Source: Actinomycetales bacterium (lineage in GTDB: Bacteria > Actinomycetota > Actinomycetes > S36-B12). Taken from it: a DNA stretch of 64,000 bases. The notes beneath the pieces were generated by a model. The model did no database searches and had not been told where the DNA came from. It was given only the letters and a program-made list of their open reading frames with translations. The stretch spans positions 12,133 to 76,132 of the forward strand of contig JAGWXF010000010.1 in NCBI GenBank assembly GCA_018970025.1, written 5' to 3'. Below are positions 27,605 through 38,629 of this stretch, piece by piece; positions within the stretch are counted from its first letter, which is position 1; each line of letters opens with the position of its first letter. A program made the position numbers and the translations under genes.

Positions 27605-27608
<4 letters not shown>
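26718..27608 (-). CDS. cdsA: phosphatidate cytidylyltransferase
   Basis: C-terminal signature [28 protein letters not shown]. Multi-TM. GTGA overlap with the frr stop. Confidence 0.9.
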
Positions 27609-29001
<1,393 letters not shown>

Positions 29002-29008
29002 CTAGAAC

Positions 29009-29824
29009 CTACTGCCCGATCTCGAAGCGGGCGAAGCCGGTCACCTCGGTCTTGGCATCCGCGAGCACCTGCGCGACCGACTTCTTGTTGTCGACCACGC
29101 TGGGCTGCTCGAGCAGGACGGTGTCCTTGAAGAAGGCGTTGACGCGCCCGTCGACGATCTTCGGCAGGGCAGCCTCAGGCTTGCCCTCCTCCTTCGCGGT
29201 CGCCTCGGCGATCCGGCGCTCGTTCTCCACGGTCTCAGCCGGCACCTCCTCCCGCGTGAGGTACTGCGGGCGCATGGCCGCAATCTGCATGGCCGCTCCC
29301 CTGGCGGCCTCGAGATCGCCGCTGTAGGCGACCATCACGCCCACCTGGGGCGGCAGGTCGGATGCACGGCGGTGCAGGTAGATCGCCACCGGCTCCGGCA
29401 GCACGGCCACTCGGCCGAGCTCGAGCTTCTCGCCGATGACGCCGGCCAGCTCTGCGATCGCGCTGTCGACGGTGCGCCCGTCGGCCAGCTTCGCCGCGGC
29501 GAGCTGATCGGCGGCGACGAACTGCCCAGCGGCCGCAGCGTCGGCGATCGACTCCGAGAGCGACTGGAAGTCGGCATTCTTGGCGACGAAGTCGGTCTCG
29601 CACAGCAGCTCGACCAGGGCATTGCCCTTCGATGCGATCAGGCCATTGGACGCCGTGCGCTCGGCACCGCGCTTGGCCGCCTTGGCAGCACCGGAGATCC
29701 GCAGGATCTCGACGGCCTTGTCGAAGTCGCCCTCGGCCTCCTCGAGGGCCTTCTTGCACTCCATCATGCCCGCGGCTGTGTGGTCGCGGAGCTTCTTGAC
29801 ATCAGCGGCAGCGATGCTCGCCAT
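29009..29824 (-). CDS. tsf: translation elongation factor Ts
   Basis: N-terminal UBA-like [34 protein letters not shown]. 271 aa. Confidence 0.95.
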   Translation of the reverse strand: MASIAAADVKKLRDHTAAGMMECKKALEEAEGDFDKAVEILRISGAAKAAKRGAERTASNGLIASKGNALVELLCETDFVAKNADFQSLSESIADAAAAGQFVAADQLAAAKLADGRTVDSAIAELAGVIGEKLELGRVAVLPEPVAIYLHRRASDLPPQVGVMVAYSGDLEAARGAAMQIAAMRPQYLTREEVPAETVENERRIAEATAKEEGKPEAALPKIVDGRVNAFFKDTVLLEQPSVVDNKKSVAQVLADAKTEVTGFARFEIGQ

Positions 29825-29883
29825 AGTCGCACCTTCCTTCAGGCATCGTTTTCGGGCGTGTTGCTGAGTTACGTGCAGGATCA

Positions 29884-29915
29884 GGCATGCGCAGACCGGA
29901 CCGGCTGCGCATGCC
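29884..29915 (-). terminator. rpsB-tsf intercistronic stem-loop (possible attenuator or processing site)
   Basis: Perfect 11-bp arms ggcatgcgcag (29884-29894) and ctgcgcatgcc (29905-29915) with a 10-nt loop. No U-tract. Confidence 0.5.
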
Positions 29916-29938
29916 AGCGGCCGGTCGGCCGCGACGTG

Positions 29939-30790
29939 TCAGACGGCGGAATCGCCTTCAGCGGCGGCGGCTTCGGCAGCGACCTCGGCGACCGCCTCCG
30001 CGGCAGCGACCTCTGCGACTGCCTCGGCCTCGGCTCCGGCCAGCAGCTCACGCTCCCACTCCGCCAGCGGCTCGACCTCCTGGCTGCCCATCGCACGATT
30101 GGCACGGGCCATCAGGCCCTCGGCGACGGCATCGGCGATGACCCGGGTCAGCAGCGCCACCGATCGGATCGCATCGTCATTGCCTGGGATCGGGAAGTCG
30201 ACCTCATCCGGATCGCAGTTGGTATCGAGCACCGCGATCACCGGGATCCCGAGCTTGCGGGCCTCGCCGACCGCGATGTGCTCCTTCTTCGTGTCGATGA
30301 CCCAGACCGCGCTGGGAACCTTGCCCATATCGCGGATTCCTCCGAGCGTCCGGTCGAGCTTGTCCTTCTCCCGGCGCAGGACGAGGAGTTCCTTCTTCGT
30401 CAGCCCTGATGCGGCCACATCGTCGAAGTCGATCGCCTCGAGCTCCTTGAGCCGCTGCAGCCGCTTGTGGACGGTCGAGAAGTTCGTGAGCATCCCGCCC
30501 AGCCAGCGCTGGTTGACGTAGGGCATGCCCACGCGGGAGGCCTGCTCGGCGATTGCCTCCTGGCCCTGCTTCTTGGTGCCGACGAACATGATGGTGCCGC
30601 CGTGGGCGACGGTCTCCTTGACGTACTCGTAGGCCCGGTCGATGAACGACAGGGACTGCTGCAGGTCGATGATGTAGATGCCATTGCGCTCGGTGAAGAT
30701 GAAGCGCTTCATCTTGGGGTTCCAGCGGCGCGTCTGGTGCCCGAAGTGGACCCCGCTCTCGAGCAACTGGCGCATGGTGACAACGGCCAT
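29939..30790 (-). CDS. rpsB: 30S ribosomal protein S2
   Basis: [27 protein letters not shown] is the canonical S2 N-terminus. Has an Ala/Glu-rich C-terminal tail. GAAGGAG Shine-Dalgarno at 30801-30807 (minus). Confidence 0.95.
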   Translation of the reverse strand: MAVVTMRQLLESGVHFGHQTRRWNPKMKRFIFTERNGIYIIDLQQSLSFIDRAYEYVKETVAHGGTIMFVGTKKQGQEAIAEQASRVGMPYVNQRWLGGMLTNFSTVHKRLQRLKELEAIDFDDVAASGLTKKELLVLRREKDKLDRTLGGIRDMGKVPSAVWVIDTKKEHIAVGEARKLGIPVIAVLDTNCDPDEVDFPIPGNDDAIRSVALLTRVIADAVAEGLMARANRAMGSQEVEPLAEWERELLAGAEAEAVAEVAAAEAVAEVAAEAAAAEGDSAV

Positions 30791-30811
30791 GGCGGCTTGA
30801 CTCCTTCATGC

Positions 30812-30829
30812 GCGCTGGCATGCCAGCGC
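30812..30829. promoter_or_regulatory. 18-bp perfect palindrome in the rpsB 5' leader
   Basis: gcgctggca|tgccagcgc lies immediately upstream of the rpsB Shine-Dalgarno. It shares the 11-mer gcatgccagcg with the rpsB-tsf hairpin region. Confidence 0.4.
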
Positions 30830-31147
30830 ATCGGTTCATGGTGCCGATCGGTCGACCGGCACCCCTGACGCCCAACTGCTGTCACCCGCCGGGGCGGGAC
30901 CGGATCAGCAGGTCCTTGTCATGTGCCGAGGCGCATGACGCTGGGCGTGCGAGATTGCCGGAGCGTCCGGTGCTCATCCGAGCCAGGCTCGAACTCAGCA
31001 CGGCACGCTCAGGCACCCGCCTGCGGCGGGCCTGCACAGTGTACGGGTTCCTCGTGCTGTCCACAGCCACGGTTGCCCCCGGGCGGCCCGCCCAGGGCGG
31101 AGCCAAGGCATGGCCGCAGATTGCGTCCAGCCCCGAGCATCACGGGC

Positions 31148-31690
31148 ATGCCTGCCTCGCTGGCGCCGCGGCGCCGCTTGCCGCACCACCGGAACCTCAT
31201 CGCGGCCCTCGGCCTGTTCCTAGGCCCGGCGCCGCTCCTCGCCGCCGGGCCACCAGGGCCGCCTCGCCCGGCCTGGGCTCCGCCACTGAGCCAGCATGCG
31301 GTGATCGAAGGCTTCCGTCCGCCCTCGCATGACTGGGTCGCGGGCCACCGCGGGGTCGACTTCGCCGCCCAGGCCGGCGATCCCGTGCACGCCATCGGGG
31401 CCGGCACGATCGCCTTCGTCGGCAGCATCGCCGGCAAGCCGGTCGTCACGATCGACCACCCGGCCGGTCTTCGCTCGACCTACGAGCCGGTGATCGCATC
31501 GGTCACCCTCGGCCAGGCCATCGACATCGGCCAGGTGATCGGCCAGGTCGCCGCCGGCGGTGGTCACTGCGCCGGCCGTTGCCTGCATCTTGGCGTACGC
31601 CAGCGCAGCACCCCGGGCGGCGAGCCGGGGCCGCACTACGTCGACCCGCTGGCCCTGCTGCGACCGAGAGCCGTCCTCAAGCCGCTCTGA
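31148..31690 (+). CDS. M23 family metallopeptidase (secreted)
   Basis: ORF 30923..31690 trimmed to ATG 31148, which gives a signal-like N-terminus. M23 core WVAGHRGVDFAAQAGDPVHAIGAGTIAF...CLHLGVR. The start is uncertain. Confidence 0.75.
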   Translation: MPASLAPRRRLPHHRNLIAALGLFLGPAPLLAAGPPGPPRPAWAPPLSQHAVIEGFRPPSHDWVAGHRGVDFAAQAGDPVHAIGAGTIAFVGSIAGKPVVTIDHPAGLRSTYEPVIASVTLGQAIDIGQVIGQVAAGGGHCAGRCLHLGVRQRSTPGGEPGPHYVDPLALLRPRAVLKPL

Positions 31691-31723
31691 GGCAGGCACT
31701 GATGAGCGCACCGCGTCAGGCGC

Positions 31724-32680
31724 CTAACCGTCAACCGCCCGCGGGTGGGCCTGCGCGAATGCCTGCCGCAGGCGCTCAGCCGACACATGGGTATATCGCT
31801 GGGTCGTGGCCAGGCTCGCATGGCCGAGCAGCTCCTGCACCGCTCGAAGGTCAGCGCCGCCCTCGAGCACATGCGTGGCCGCGGTGTGGCGCAGCCCATG
31901 CGGGGCGATCCGCGGGCCTCCTGCGGCCTCGGTCACCCTGGCGACCACGTCCCGGACGGCGCGCTGGTCGATGCGCCCGCCGCGGGCACCGAGCAGCAGC
32001 GCACGGCCCGACCGGTTCGTGGCAAGCGCATCCCGAGCGCGCATCCAGGCCCGCAACGCATCCGCGGCCGGGATGCCGAACGGGACGATGCGCTCCTTGC
32101 TTCCCTTCCCCAGCACCCGGACCGTGCGACGCTCCCAGTCGACGTCACCGACGTCCAGCGCGCACGCCTCTGCCACGCGGATGCCGGTCGCGTAGAGCAA
32201 CTCGATGATGCACTGGTCGCGGATGGCAACGGCCGCCGGATCCTCCTCATCGACCCGCGCTGCGGCCGACTCCATCACGGCCCTCGCCTGTGCCTGGTCC
32301 AGGACCGTCGGCAGCCGACGCTGGATCCGGGGGCTGGCCAGGCGGCTGCCCGGGTCGGCATCCAGCAGGCCGCGACGGGCGCACCAGCCCGTGAACGAGC
32401 GCGCCGCGGCAGCACGCCTGGCGATGCTGGACCGAGACTGCCCGGTGGCGTGGAGGGAGCCCAGCCAGGACCGCAGCCCGCCCAGGTCGATTGCCTGTAG
32501 GTCAGTCCCGCCGGCGTTCGCGATGTAGGCAAGCAGCGCACGGACGTCGGCGACGTAGGCGCGTACGGTGTTCGGGCTGCGCCCGCGCTCATCTCGGACG
32601 TGGGCGGTGAACCCCTCCAGGGCCTCGGCGAAGGCGATCGGGAGTCCCTCAGGACTCGACTCAGCTGCGGCCATCGCCAT
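31724..32680 (-). CDS. xerC: site-specific tyrosine recombinase XerC
   Basis: Catalytic C-terminus HGLRHTAATHVLEGGADLRAVQELLGHASLATTQRYTHV. Conserved dprA-xerC context. Start trimmed to ATG 32680. Confidence 0.9.
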   Translation of the reverse strand: MAMAAAESSPEGLPIAFAEALEGFTAHVRDERGRSPNTVRAYVADVRALLAYIANAGGTDLQAIDLGGLRSWLGSLHATGQSRSSIARRAAAARSFTGWCARRGLLDADPGSRLASPRIQRRLPTVLDQAQARAVMESAAARVDEEDPAAVAIRDQCIIELLYATGIRVAEACALDVGDVDWERRTVRVLGKGSKERIVPFGIPAADALRAWMRARDALATNRSGRALLLGARGGRIDQRAVRDVVARVTEAAGGPRIAPHGLRHTAATHVLEGGADLRAVQELLGHASLATTQRYTHVSAERLRQAFAQAHPRAVDG

Positions 32681-32715
32681 GCCCCAATGGTGGCAAGGGC
32701 ACACGACCACCGGCG

Positions 32716-33828
32716 TCAGGCTCGCCCGACGATCTCCCATCCGCGCCCGGCCGGCCGGGCCAGGCCGCGCGCAGCCAGGATGGCCAGTGCCGCCGTCACC
32801 TCCGGCACCGCCATGCCGGCGACCCGCACGAGCTCGGCAGTGCTCGATGACCCACGAGCCGGCAGGGCATCAAGGACCCGCGCCTGCTGCTCGGTGAGGG
32901 CATCGTGCGGGCGGCTCGGAGCGCGGGACCGCGCCTCCATCGTCGATCCGAGCGGCTCCAGCAGCTCGAGCACGTCCGAAGGGGCCGAGGCAAGCAGGGC
33001 ACCCGACTCGCGGATGAGCGCATGACACCCGGCGGACATCGGCGAGGTCACCGGTCCTGGCACCGCCAGGACCGGCCGGTTCAGGGCCACCGCCGCGTTC
33101 GCCGTCGAGGTCGTCCCCGACCGGAGTGCCGCCTCGATCACGACCGTGGCCCGGGTGAGCGCCGCGATCAGCCGGTTGCGGGTCAGGAAGCGACGTCGGC
33201 GCACGCACTCGCCCAGGGGTGACTCGCTGACCAGCAGGCCGTCATCGGCGATCCGATGCAGCAGCTGCTCATGCGCCCGGGGATAGGCCACGTCGACGCC
33301 GCCGGCCAGCACGCAGATCGTCATGCCGCCGCTGGCCAGCGCACCGCGGTGCACGGCTCCGTCGATGCCGAGGGCCCCGCCGGACACGACCGTCCAGGAC
33401 TGGCTCGCGAAGGCGGACGCCCAGTCGCGGGCGACCGCCTCGCCGTAGGAGGTCGAGGCGCGTGCGCCCACGACAGCGATCGACCGCAGCATGGTGAGGC
33501 GGAGGTCGGCCGCCCCCAGCACCCACAGGGCGAAGGGAGCAGCATCACCCAGCTGGTCCAGCTGGGTCGGCCATTCCTTGCCGTCGCGATGCACGATGCG
33601 AGCGCCGAGTCCGGCTGCCTGCTCCAGGGCGCGCCTCGGATCGACATGGGCCAGCCGGGCGCGCAGGCCCGGCTCGTCGGCAAGGCCGCTGCGCCCGGCC
33701 TGAATGCGGGCCACGGCCTCCACTGCGCCGTGCTCGCGAACCAGCGCCCCGACGCGACGATCGGCCGGCTCGGCGGCGTGCGCCATCCAGATGAGCGCCA
33801 GCCGCTCATCGATGACCGCCCCGCTCAT
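32716..33828 (-). CDS. dprA: DNA-processing protein DprA
   Basis: ORF 32716..34536 trimmed to ATG 33828 (ATGA overlap with the comM stop). Rossmann-like core VVSGGALGIDGAVHRGAL and a winged-helix C-terminus. Confidence 0.9.
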   Translation of the reverse strand: MSGAVIDERLALIWMAHAAEPADRRVGALVREHGAVEAVARIQAGRSGLADEPGLRARLAHVDPRRALEQAAGLGARIVHRDGKEWPTQLDQLGDAAPFALWVLGAADLRLTMLRSIAVVGARASTSYGEAVARDWASAFASQSWTVVSGGALGIDGAVHRGALASGGMTICVLAGGVDVAYPRAHEQLLHRIADDGLLVSESPLGECVRRRRFLTRNRLIAALTRATVVIEAALRSGTTSTANAAVALNRPVLAVPGPVTSPMSAGCHALIRESGALLASAPSDVLELLEPLGSTMEARSRAPSRPHDALTEQQARVLDALPARGSSSTAELVRVAGMAVPEVTAALAILAARGLARPAGRGWEIVGRA

Positions 33829-35348
33829 GGGCTCTCCGCCCGCAGGCCCAGTGCGATGGCCACATGATCGGCTCCCGGGCGTGCGGCGCCGCGGAGATCC
33901 GCGACAGACCAGGCGAGGCGAACCACGCGATCGAGCCCGCGCAGGGAGGTCATGCTGGCCGAGACCTGTTCGAGCAGCGACTGGCCTGAGGCATCCGGGG
34001 CCCATTGGCGGCGCAGCAGGGCCGGCGGGATCTGCGCATTCACGCTCCAGGGCAGCCCTGAGAACCGGTGCGCGGCGCGCTCGCGGGCCTGCCGCACCCG
34101 AGCGGCGATGGACGACGTCGACTCGCCCGGGTCTGCAGCAGCCTCCGCAGGGGCCGGCGGGGCGATCGCGAGCCGAATGTCGATGCGGTCGAGCAACGGC
34201 CCGGAGAGCCGCTCGGCGTACCGGCGTCGTGCCACCGACGTGCAGCGGCAGCCGTCGCCTCGGCCCACGGCCATGCCGCAGGGGCAGGGATTCGCTGCGA
34301 GCACGAGCTGGAACCTTGCTGGCAGGTGGGCCGACTGGCCGGCCCGCATGATGCTGACCGTGCCCGACTCCAGCGGCTGGCGCAGCCCCTCGAGGGCTGG
34401 CCGGCTGAACTCCGGTGCCTCGTCCAGGAACAGGACGCCACCATGCGCCAGGGTCAGGGCGCCCGGGACGGGGTGACTGCCCCGGATGGTCCCCAGGATG
34501 GACACTGCTGACGACGAGTGGTGGGGTGCGATGCACGGAGGGCGCCGCTCGACGCCTTGGCCGATGGGCCGCTGGCCGGCGAGTGCATGGATCGAGGTGA
34601 CCTCCAGGGCAAGGTCGTCGTCGAGGTCGGGCAGGATCCCGGCGAGGCGACTGGCGAGCATGGTCTTGCCAGCCCCGGGCGGGCCGACGAGGCTGCAGTG
34701 GTGGCTGCCTGCGGCCGCGACCTCAAGGGCGTACCGGGCATGCGCCTGCCCGCGGACCTCGGCGAAGTCCGGAACTGATCCCCGCGTGGTCCCGGTGACC
34801 ACCGGGGCCACGCGGCAGCCGGAGTCCTGGCCGCTCAGCACCCGCGCAAGCTGTGGAAGGTCGGTGATGCAGACCGCCGACATCCCGGGGACGCAGTCGA
34901 TGTCAGCGGCGTTGCCGACAGGTGCCACGACCGTGCGCACCCCGGCTCGGCGCGCCGCGATCACCGCTGCCAGGGCTCCGCGGACAGGCCGGACGCTGCC
35001 GTCGAGACCGAGCTCGCCGAGGAACAGGGCCAGGCCGTCGACGTGAAGTGAGGCCTCGGGGACCTGCTCAGTGGCCCGCAGGATCCCGACGGCGATCGGC
35101 AGGTCCAGGCTCGTACCGGATTTCGGGACATCGGCCGGCGACAGGCCGATCGTGATCCGGGAAGCCGGCCATTGCAGGCCAGCATTCTCCACCGCCGAGC
35201 GCACCCGCCACTTCGCCTCCGCCACCGAGGCCTGCGGCAGCCCCACGATCCCCACGCTCGGCAGCCCCCGCGCGACATCGACCTCCACCGTCACGACCGT
35301 CGCGCTGATACCGGTCGGGACGGCCCCGCAGGCCCGGGCCAGGGCCAC
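33825..35348 (-). CDS. YifB/ComM family Mg-chelatase-like AAA+ ATPase
   Basis: Lon-protease-like N-domain, Walker A GPPGAGKTM and GVLFLDE Walker B. 507 aa. Confidence 0.9.
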   Translation of the reverse strand: MALARACGAVPTGISATVVTVEVDVARGLPSVGIVGLPQASVAEAKWRVRSAVENAGLQWPASRITIGLSPADVPKSGTSLDLPIAVGILRATEQVPEASLHVDGLALFLGELGLDGSVRPVRGALAAVIAARRAGVRTVVAPVGNAADIDCVPGMSAVCITDLPQLARVLSGQDSGCRVAPVVTGTTRGSVPDFAEVRGQAHARYALEVAAAGSHHCSLVGPPGAGKTMLASRLAGILPDLDDDLALEVTSIHALAGQRPIGQGVERRPPCIAPHHSSSAVSILGTIRGSHPVPGALTLAHGGVLFLDEAPEFSRPALEGLRQPLESGTVSIMRAGQSAHLPARFQLVLAANPCPCGMAVGRGDGCRCTSVARRRYAERLSGPLLDRIDIRLAIAPPAPAEAAADPGESTSSIAARVRQARERAAHRFSGLPWSVNAQIPPALLRRQWAPDASGQSLLEQVSASMTSLRGLDRVVRLAWSVADLRGAARPGADHVAIALGLRAESP

Positions 35349-35349
35349 G

Positions 35350-35793
35350 TCAGCCCACCCCGCGCAGGTGCTCGACGACCGGTGCCCCGGTCGGAGCCTG
35401 CACGACGCCGATCACGTCGATGCGAACGAGGGGGGCATGCCGGCCGTTCGCCTCCAGCCAGCGGAAGGCCAGGTGACGGAGCCGGCGGAGCTTGCGCGGG
35501 GTGATCGCCTCTGTCGGAGTGCCGAAGTGGACGCCGCTGCGGGTCTTCACCTCGCAGATGACCAGGGTGCTGCCATCGGTGGCGACGATGTCGACCTCGC
35601 CGGCATCGCAGCGCCAGTTGCGCGCCACCACGACCATCCCGGCAGCCTGCAGGTGCGCGGCAGCGACGTCCTCCCCATACCTGCCCAGCGCAGCGGTTCT
35701 CCGCACGATGACCTCCCGGCACGAAACGTGCCGCGCCTGCCTCACGGCAGCCAGCGGGCGCGCGCTGCCTGTGGGCCCCGTCCCCGAGGCCAT
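35350..35793 (-). CDS. YraN family (UPF0102) endonuclease-like protein
   Basis: GEDVAAAHLQAAGMVVVARNWRCDAGEVDIVA...ICEVKTR is the UPF0102 signature. The true start may be internal. Confidence 0.8.
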   Translation of the reverse strand: MASGTGPTGSARPLAAVRQARHVSCREVIVRRTAALGRYGEDVAAAHLQAAGMVVVARNWRCDAGEVDIVATDGSTLVICEVKTRSGVHFGTPTEAITPRKLRRLRHLAFRWLEANGRHAPLVRIDVIGVVQAPTGAPVVEHLRGVG

Positions 35794-35819
35794 GGAACCT
35801 GTGGAGCGAGGGCTTCCTG

Positions 35820-36533
35820 CTAGGAGGGACGCCGCTCGTCACTGGTGAGGTCCGGGGCCGGCAGCCGCCAGCTGCGGCGGTGGTACGGCGAGGCACCCAG
35901 TCGGGCCAGGGCATCGAGGTGCACTGGCGTGGCATATCCCTTGTTCACGTCCCACCCATAGGCGGGGTGCTCCTCGGCGAGCTGGGCCATGATCCGATCC
36001 CGGGCCACCTTCGCCAGGACGCTGGCCGCGGCCACGCCCGCGCAATGCCGGTCGGCCTTCACCATCGTGGCAACCGGGGGAACCTCAGCCTCGACAATCG
36101 CCTCTACGGACGCCTCCGCAGACAGCGCGTCCAGCAGGTCCGGCATGGTCGACAGGTAGTCGTGGTTTCCATCGAGGAGTACCGCGTCCGGGGTCACGCC
36201 AAGGCCCGCGAGGCTGCGACGTGCCGCTCGGCGGAGCGCCGCCATGATGCCGATGGCGTCGATCTCCTCAGCGCTGGCATGGCCGACCGCATGGGCGTGC
36301 GCCCATCGCTCGATGGCCGGAACGAGCGCAGCACGGGCGGCAGCGGTGAGCTCCTTGCTGTCTCGGACGCCCCGAGGGGCACTGCTCGACGAGGCAGTCA
36401 CGACGACCGCACCCACCGTCACCGGCCCGCTCAGTGCGCCACGGCCCACCTCGTCCAGGCACGCCAGCAGTGACGCGCCCGAGCGCAGCATCCGTCGCTC
36501 GACGCGCAGGGTCGGGCCGCTCGTGCCTCCCAC
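35820..36533 (-). CDS. rnhB: ribonuclease HII
   Basis: Active-site motif LDEVGRGALSGPV and conserved position downstream of lepB. Confidence 0.9.
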   Translation of the reverse strand: MGGTSGPTLRVERRMLRSGASLLACLDEVGRGALSGPVTVGAVVVTASSSSAPRGVRDSKELTAAARAALVPAIERWAHAHAVGHASAEEIDAIGIMAALRRAARRSLAGLGVTPDAVLLDGNHDYLSTMPDLLDALSAEASVEAIVEAEVPPVATMVKADRHCAGVAAASVLAKVARDRIMAQLAEEHPAYGWDVNKGYATPVHLDALARLGASPYHRRSWRLPAPDLTSDERRPS

Positions 36534-36557
36534 CGGCAGCTGGCCAGCCGATCCGGC

Positions 36558-37340
36558 CTACGGACCGACGTTGATCGCCGGATCGGCGTAGATCGCAGGG
36601 ATCGGGACGGTCGCAAGGTTGTCGAACGGCCAGGCGACGAGGATGACGCGACCGACCACGTTCTCAGCGGGCACCCCACCGTCGTTGACCTCAAGGTGGT
36701 AGCGGGAGTCACGGGAGTTGCCTCGGTTGTCGCCCATGACGAACACCGAGCCCGGCGGCACGACGATGTCGAATGGCACCTGGTCCGTCGGCCCGATGAT
36801 GTAGTCCTCGTCCAGTGGGACGCCGTTGAGCACGATGCGGCCCTGGGCATCGCAGCAGGCGACACGGTCCCCGGCGATGCCGATCACCCGCTTCACAAGG
36901 TCCTGGCCGGAGTCGCTGGGCAGCAGGCCGACGAAGGTCAGTGACGACCGCAGCCAGCCGCGAAGGCCCTGCTCCGGCGTCGGTGGCGGCGGCAGCCAGC
37001 CGCCCGGATCACGGAAGACCACCACCTCGCCCCGCGTGGTGCCTCCGAGCTCGGTGGTCACCTTCGAGGCGATGATCCGGTCGCTGATGAGCAGGGTGTC
37101 CTCCATCGAGGCGCTGGGGACGTAGAACGCCTGGACGAGGAAGGCCCGGACGAGGGCTGAGAGCACCAGGGCTGCCACGACGATGATGGACAGCTCGCGC
37201 AGGCCGCGCCACACCGCCCTGGGCTCGTTGCGCGGCCGGGCATGACGACCGCGCACCGGCGGCCGCCCGGCCTGGACCGGCGCGCCCGCGTAGGTGAACT
37301 GGCCTGACGGCGAGTACTCGCCCCGGGCCGAGACCGCCAT
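36558..37340 (-). CDS. lepB: signal peptidase I (paralog 1)
   Basis: ORF trimmed to ATG 37340 (TGATG 1-nt overlap with the upstream paralog). Catalytic Ser box SASMEDTL and box E GDNRGNSRDSR. Confidence 0.9.
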   Translation of the reverse strand: MAVSARGEYSPSGQFTYAGAPVQAGRPPVRGRHARPRNEPRAVWRGLRELSIIVVAALVLSALVRAFLVQAFYVPSASMEDTLLISDRIIASKVTTELGGTTRGEVVVFRDPGGWLPPPPTPEQGLRGWLRSSLTFVGLLPSDSGQDLVKRVIGIAGDRVACCDAQGRIVLNGVPLDEDYIIGPTDQVPFDIVVPPGSVFVMGDNRGNSRDSRYHLEVNDGGVPAENVVGRVILVAWPFDNLATVPIPAIYADPAINVGP

Positions 37341-38023
37341 CAGCCCTCGCTGCCCGAGGGGGGGATGCCTGCGAAGGTCTGCGGTATCGGCACGCTCCCG
37401 ATGCGCGGGATAGGCCATAGGACGTTCATGGCACGACCGACGACCTGGCTCTCCGGCACCATCCCTCCCCCGGGGTCGCCGAGATGGGCCCGGGAGTCGG
37501 CGCTATTTGACCGATGATCGCCCATGACCCACATCATGCCCGCAGGGACGACTACCTCGAAGGCTTGATCGCTCGGCGCGTCGCCCGGGTAGAGGTACGA
37601 CTCCTCCTGCAAGGGCACCCCGTTCACGGTGACCCGGCCCTGCGCATCGCAGCACGCGACGGTGTCGCCGCCAACGCCGATCACCCGCTTGATGAAGTCC
37701 GTGCCCTCGGGCTGGACGATGCCGACGGAGCGGCCTAGCCAGGTCAACGCGCCCGCGATGGGGTTGGCGGCCTCCTCCGTGGATGCGGGCACGAAGGAGT
37801 CCGTGCCGTCGAAGACCACCACGTCACCGCGCTCGATCGGCCGGAAGTGGTAGACGAGCCGGTTGACCAGCACCCGGTCGCCGACCTGGAAGGTGTTCTC
37901 CATGGATCCGGACGGAATGGAGAAGGGCTTGGCGATGAAGGTCGTGATGAGGATGACGACGCCGAAGCAGACCAGCAGCGTAACTGGCAGGTCCCACCAG
38001 GGTGGGCGGGCATCGCGCGACAC
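37340..38023 (-). CDS. lepB: signal peptidase I (paralog 2)
   Basis: TM anchor, Ser box SGSMENTF and box E GDHRSNSADSR. Confidence 0.9.
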   Translation of the reverse strand: MSRDARPPWWDLPVTLLVCFGVVILITTFIAKPFSIPSGSMENTFQVGDRVLVNRLVYHFRPIERGDVVVFDGTDSFVPASTEEAANPIAGALTWLGRSVGIVQPEGTDFIKRVIGVGGDTVACCDAQGRVTVNGVPLQEESYLYPGDAPSDQAFEVVVPAGMMWVMGDHRSNSADSRAHLGDPGGGMVPESQVVGRAMNVLWPIPRIGSVPIPQTFAGIPPSGSEG

Positions 38024-38040
38024 GTCGCCAGGCGAACCCG

Positions 38041-38418
38041 TCAGGAGTCCGACTTGGTCGAGGGCTTGTCGCGCTTCTCTCGGATCTTGGCCTTCTTGCC
38101 GCGCAGGTCGCGCAGGTAGTACAGCTTCGCCCGGCGCACATCGCCGCGGGTGACCAGCTCGATCTTCTCGATGATCGGCGTGTGCAGCGGGAACACTCGC
38201 TCGACACCGACGCCGTAGGAGACCTTGCGGACGGTGAAGGTCTCGGTGACCCCTGACCCGGAGCGGGCGATCACGACGCCCTGGAACACCTGCACGCGGG
38301 TCTTGTTGCCCTCGACGACCTTCACGTGCACCTTGAGGGTGTCGCCGGCGCGGAAGTCCGGGATATCTGACTTCAGGGAGGCCGCATCGACGGCGTCTAG
38401 GGTCTTCATGTCACTCAT
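38041..38418 (-). CDS. rplS: 50S ribosomal protein L19
   Basis: ORF 38041..38502 trimmed to ATG 38418 (alternative 38409). [30 protein letters not shown] is canonical L19. Confidence 0.95.
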   Translation of the reverse strand: MSDMKTLDAVDAASLKSDIPDFRAGDTLKVHVKVVEGNKTRVQVFQGVVIARSGSGVTETFTVRKVSYGVGVERVFPLHTPIIEKIELVTRGDVRRAKLYYLRDLRGKKAKIREKRDKPSTKSDS

Positions 38419-38629
38419 CGCTTCCTGCAGGCGCCACAGGTCGCCCACGGTGGTGGGTTCGGGTCGGCCGGACGGCCGATCGGGCAGCGGACTGCCGACC
38501 ACTGATGCTCAGGCGCTCCCCTGCGGCAGGGCACCCAGCGGGCAAGTGTGCCATAGCGGCCGGGAGCGCCCAAACCGCGCACCCGAGCCTGCCGTGGATT
38601 CCCGCGGACGTGCCCGGCCCAGTGCCTGC

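Noticed and set aside
30830-31147. A possible riboswitch upstream of the M23 peptidase gene, for example the ydaO/c-di-AMP class that often precedes actinobacterial cell-wall hydrolases. Also a tRNA-like GTTCGAGCC T-loop-like string near 30985-31000 (minus strand).
   Set aside because: I could not recognise the conserved ydaO core segments or a pseudo-two-fold architecture by eye. The T-loop-like string lacks a complementary T-stem and any acceptor or anticodon arms. The region also has to hold the rpsB promoter and leader. An Rfam cmscan and a tRNAscan run would settle it; a significant hit would overturn this rejection.
31724-32680. Whether the tyrosine recombinase marks an integrated mobile element.
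   Set aside because: It sits in the conserved dprA-xerC housekeeping context. It has XerC-type catalytic motifs, and I could see no flanking att-like repeats, tRNA or phage/plasmid genes. I interpret it as the chromosomal dimer-resolution recombinase.
36558-38023. Tandem signal peptidase I paralogs as something unusual.
   Set aside because: Both copies keep the catalytic Ser box and box E motifs. Multiple adjacent sip/lepB genes downstream of rplS are common in GC-rich actinobacteria, so this is an ordinary feature.
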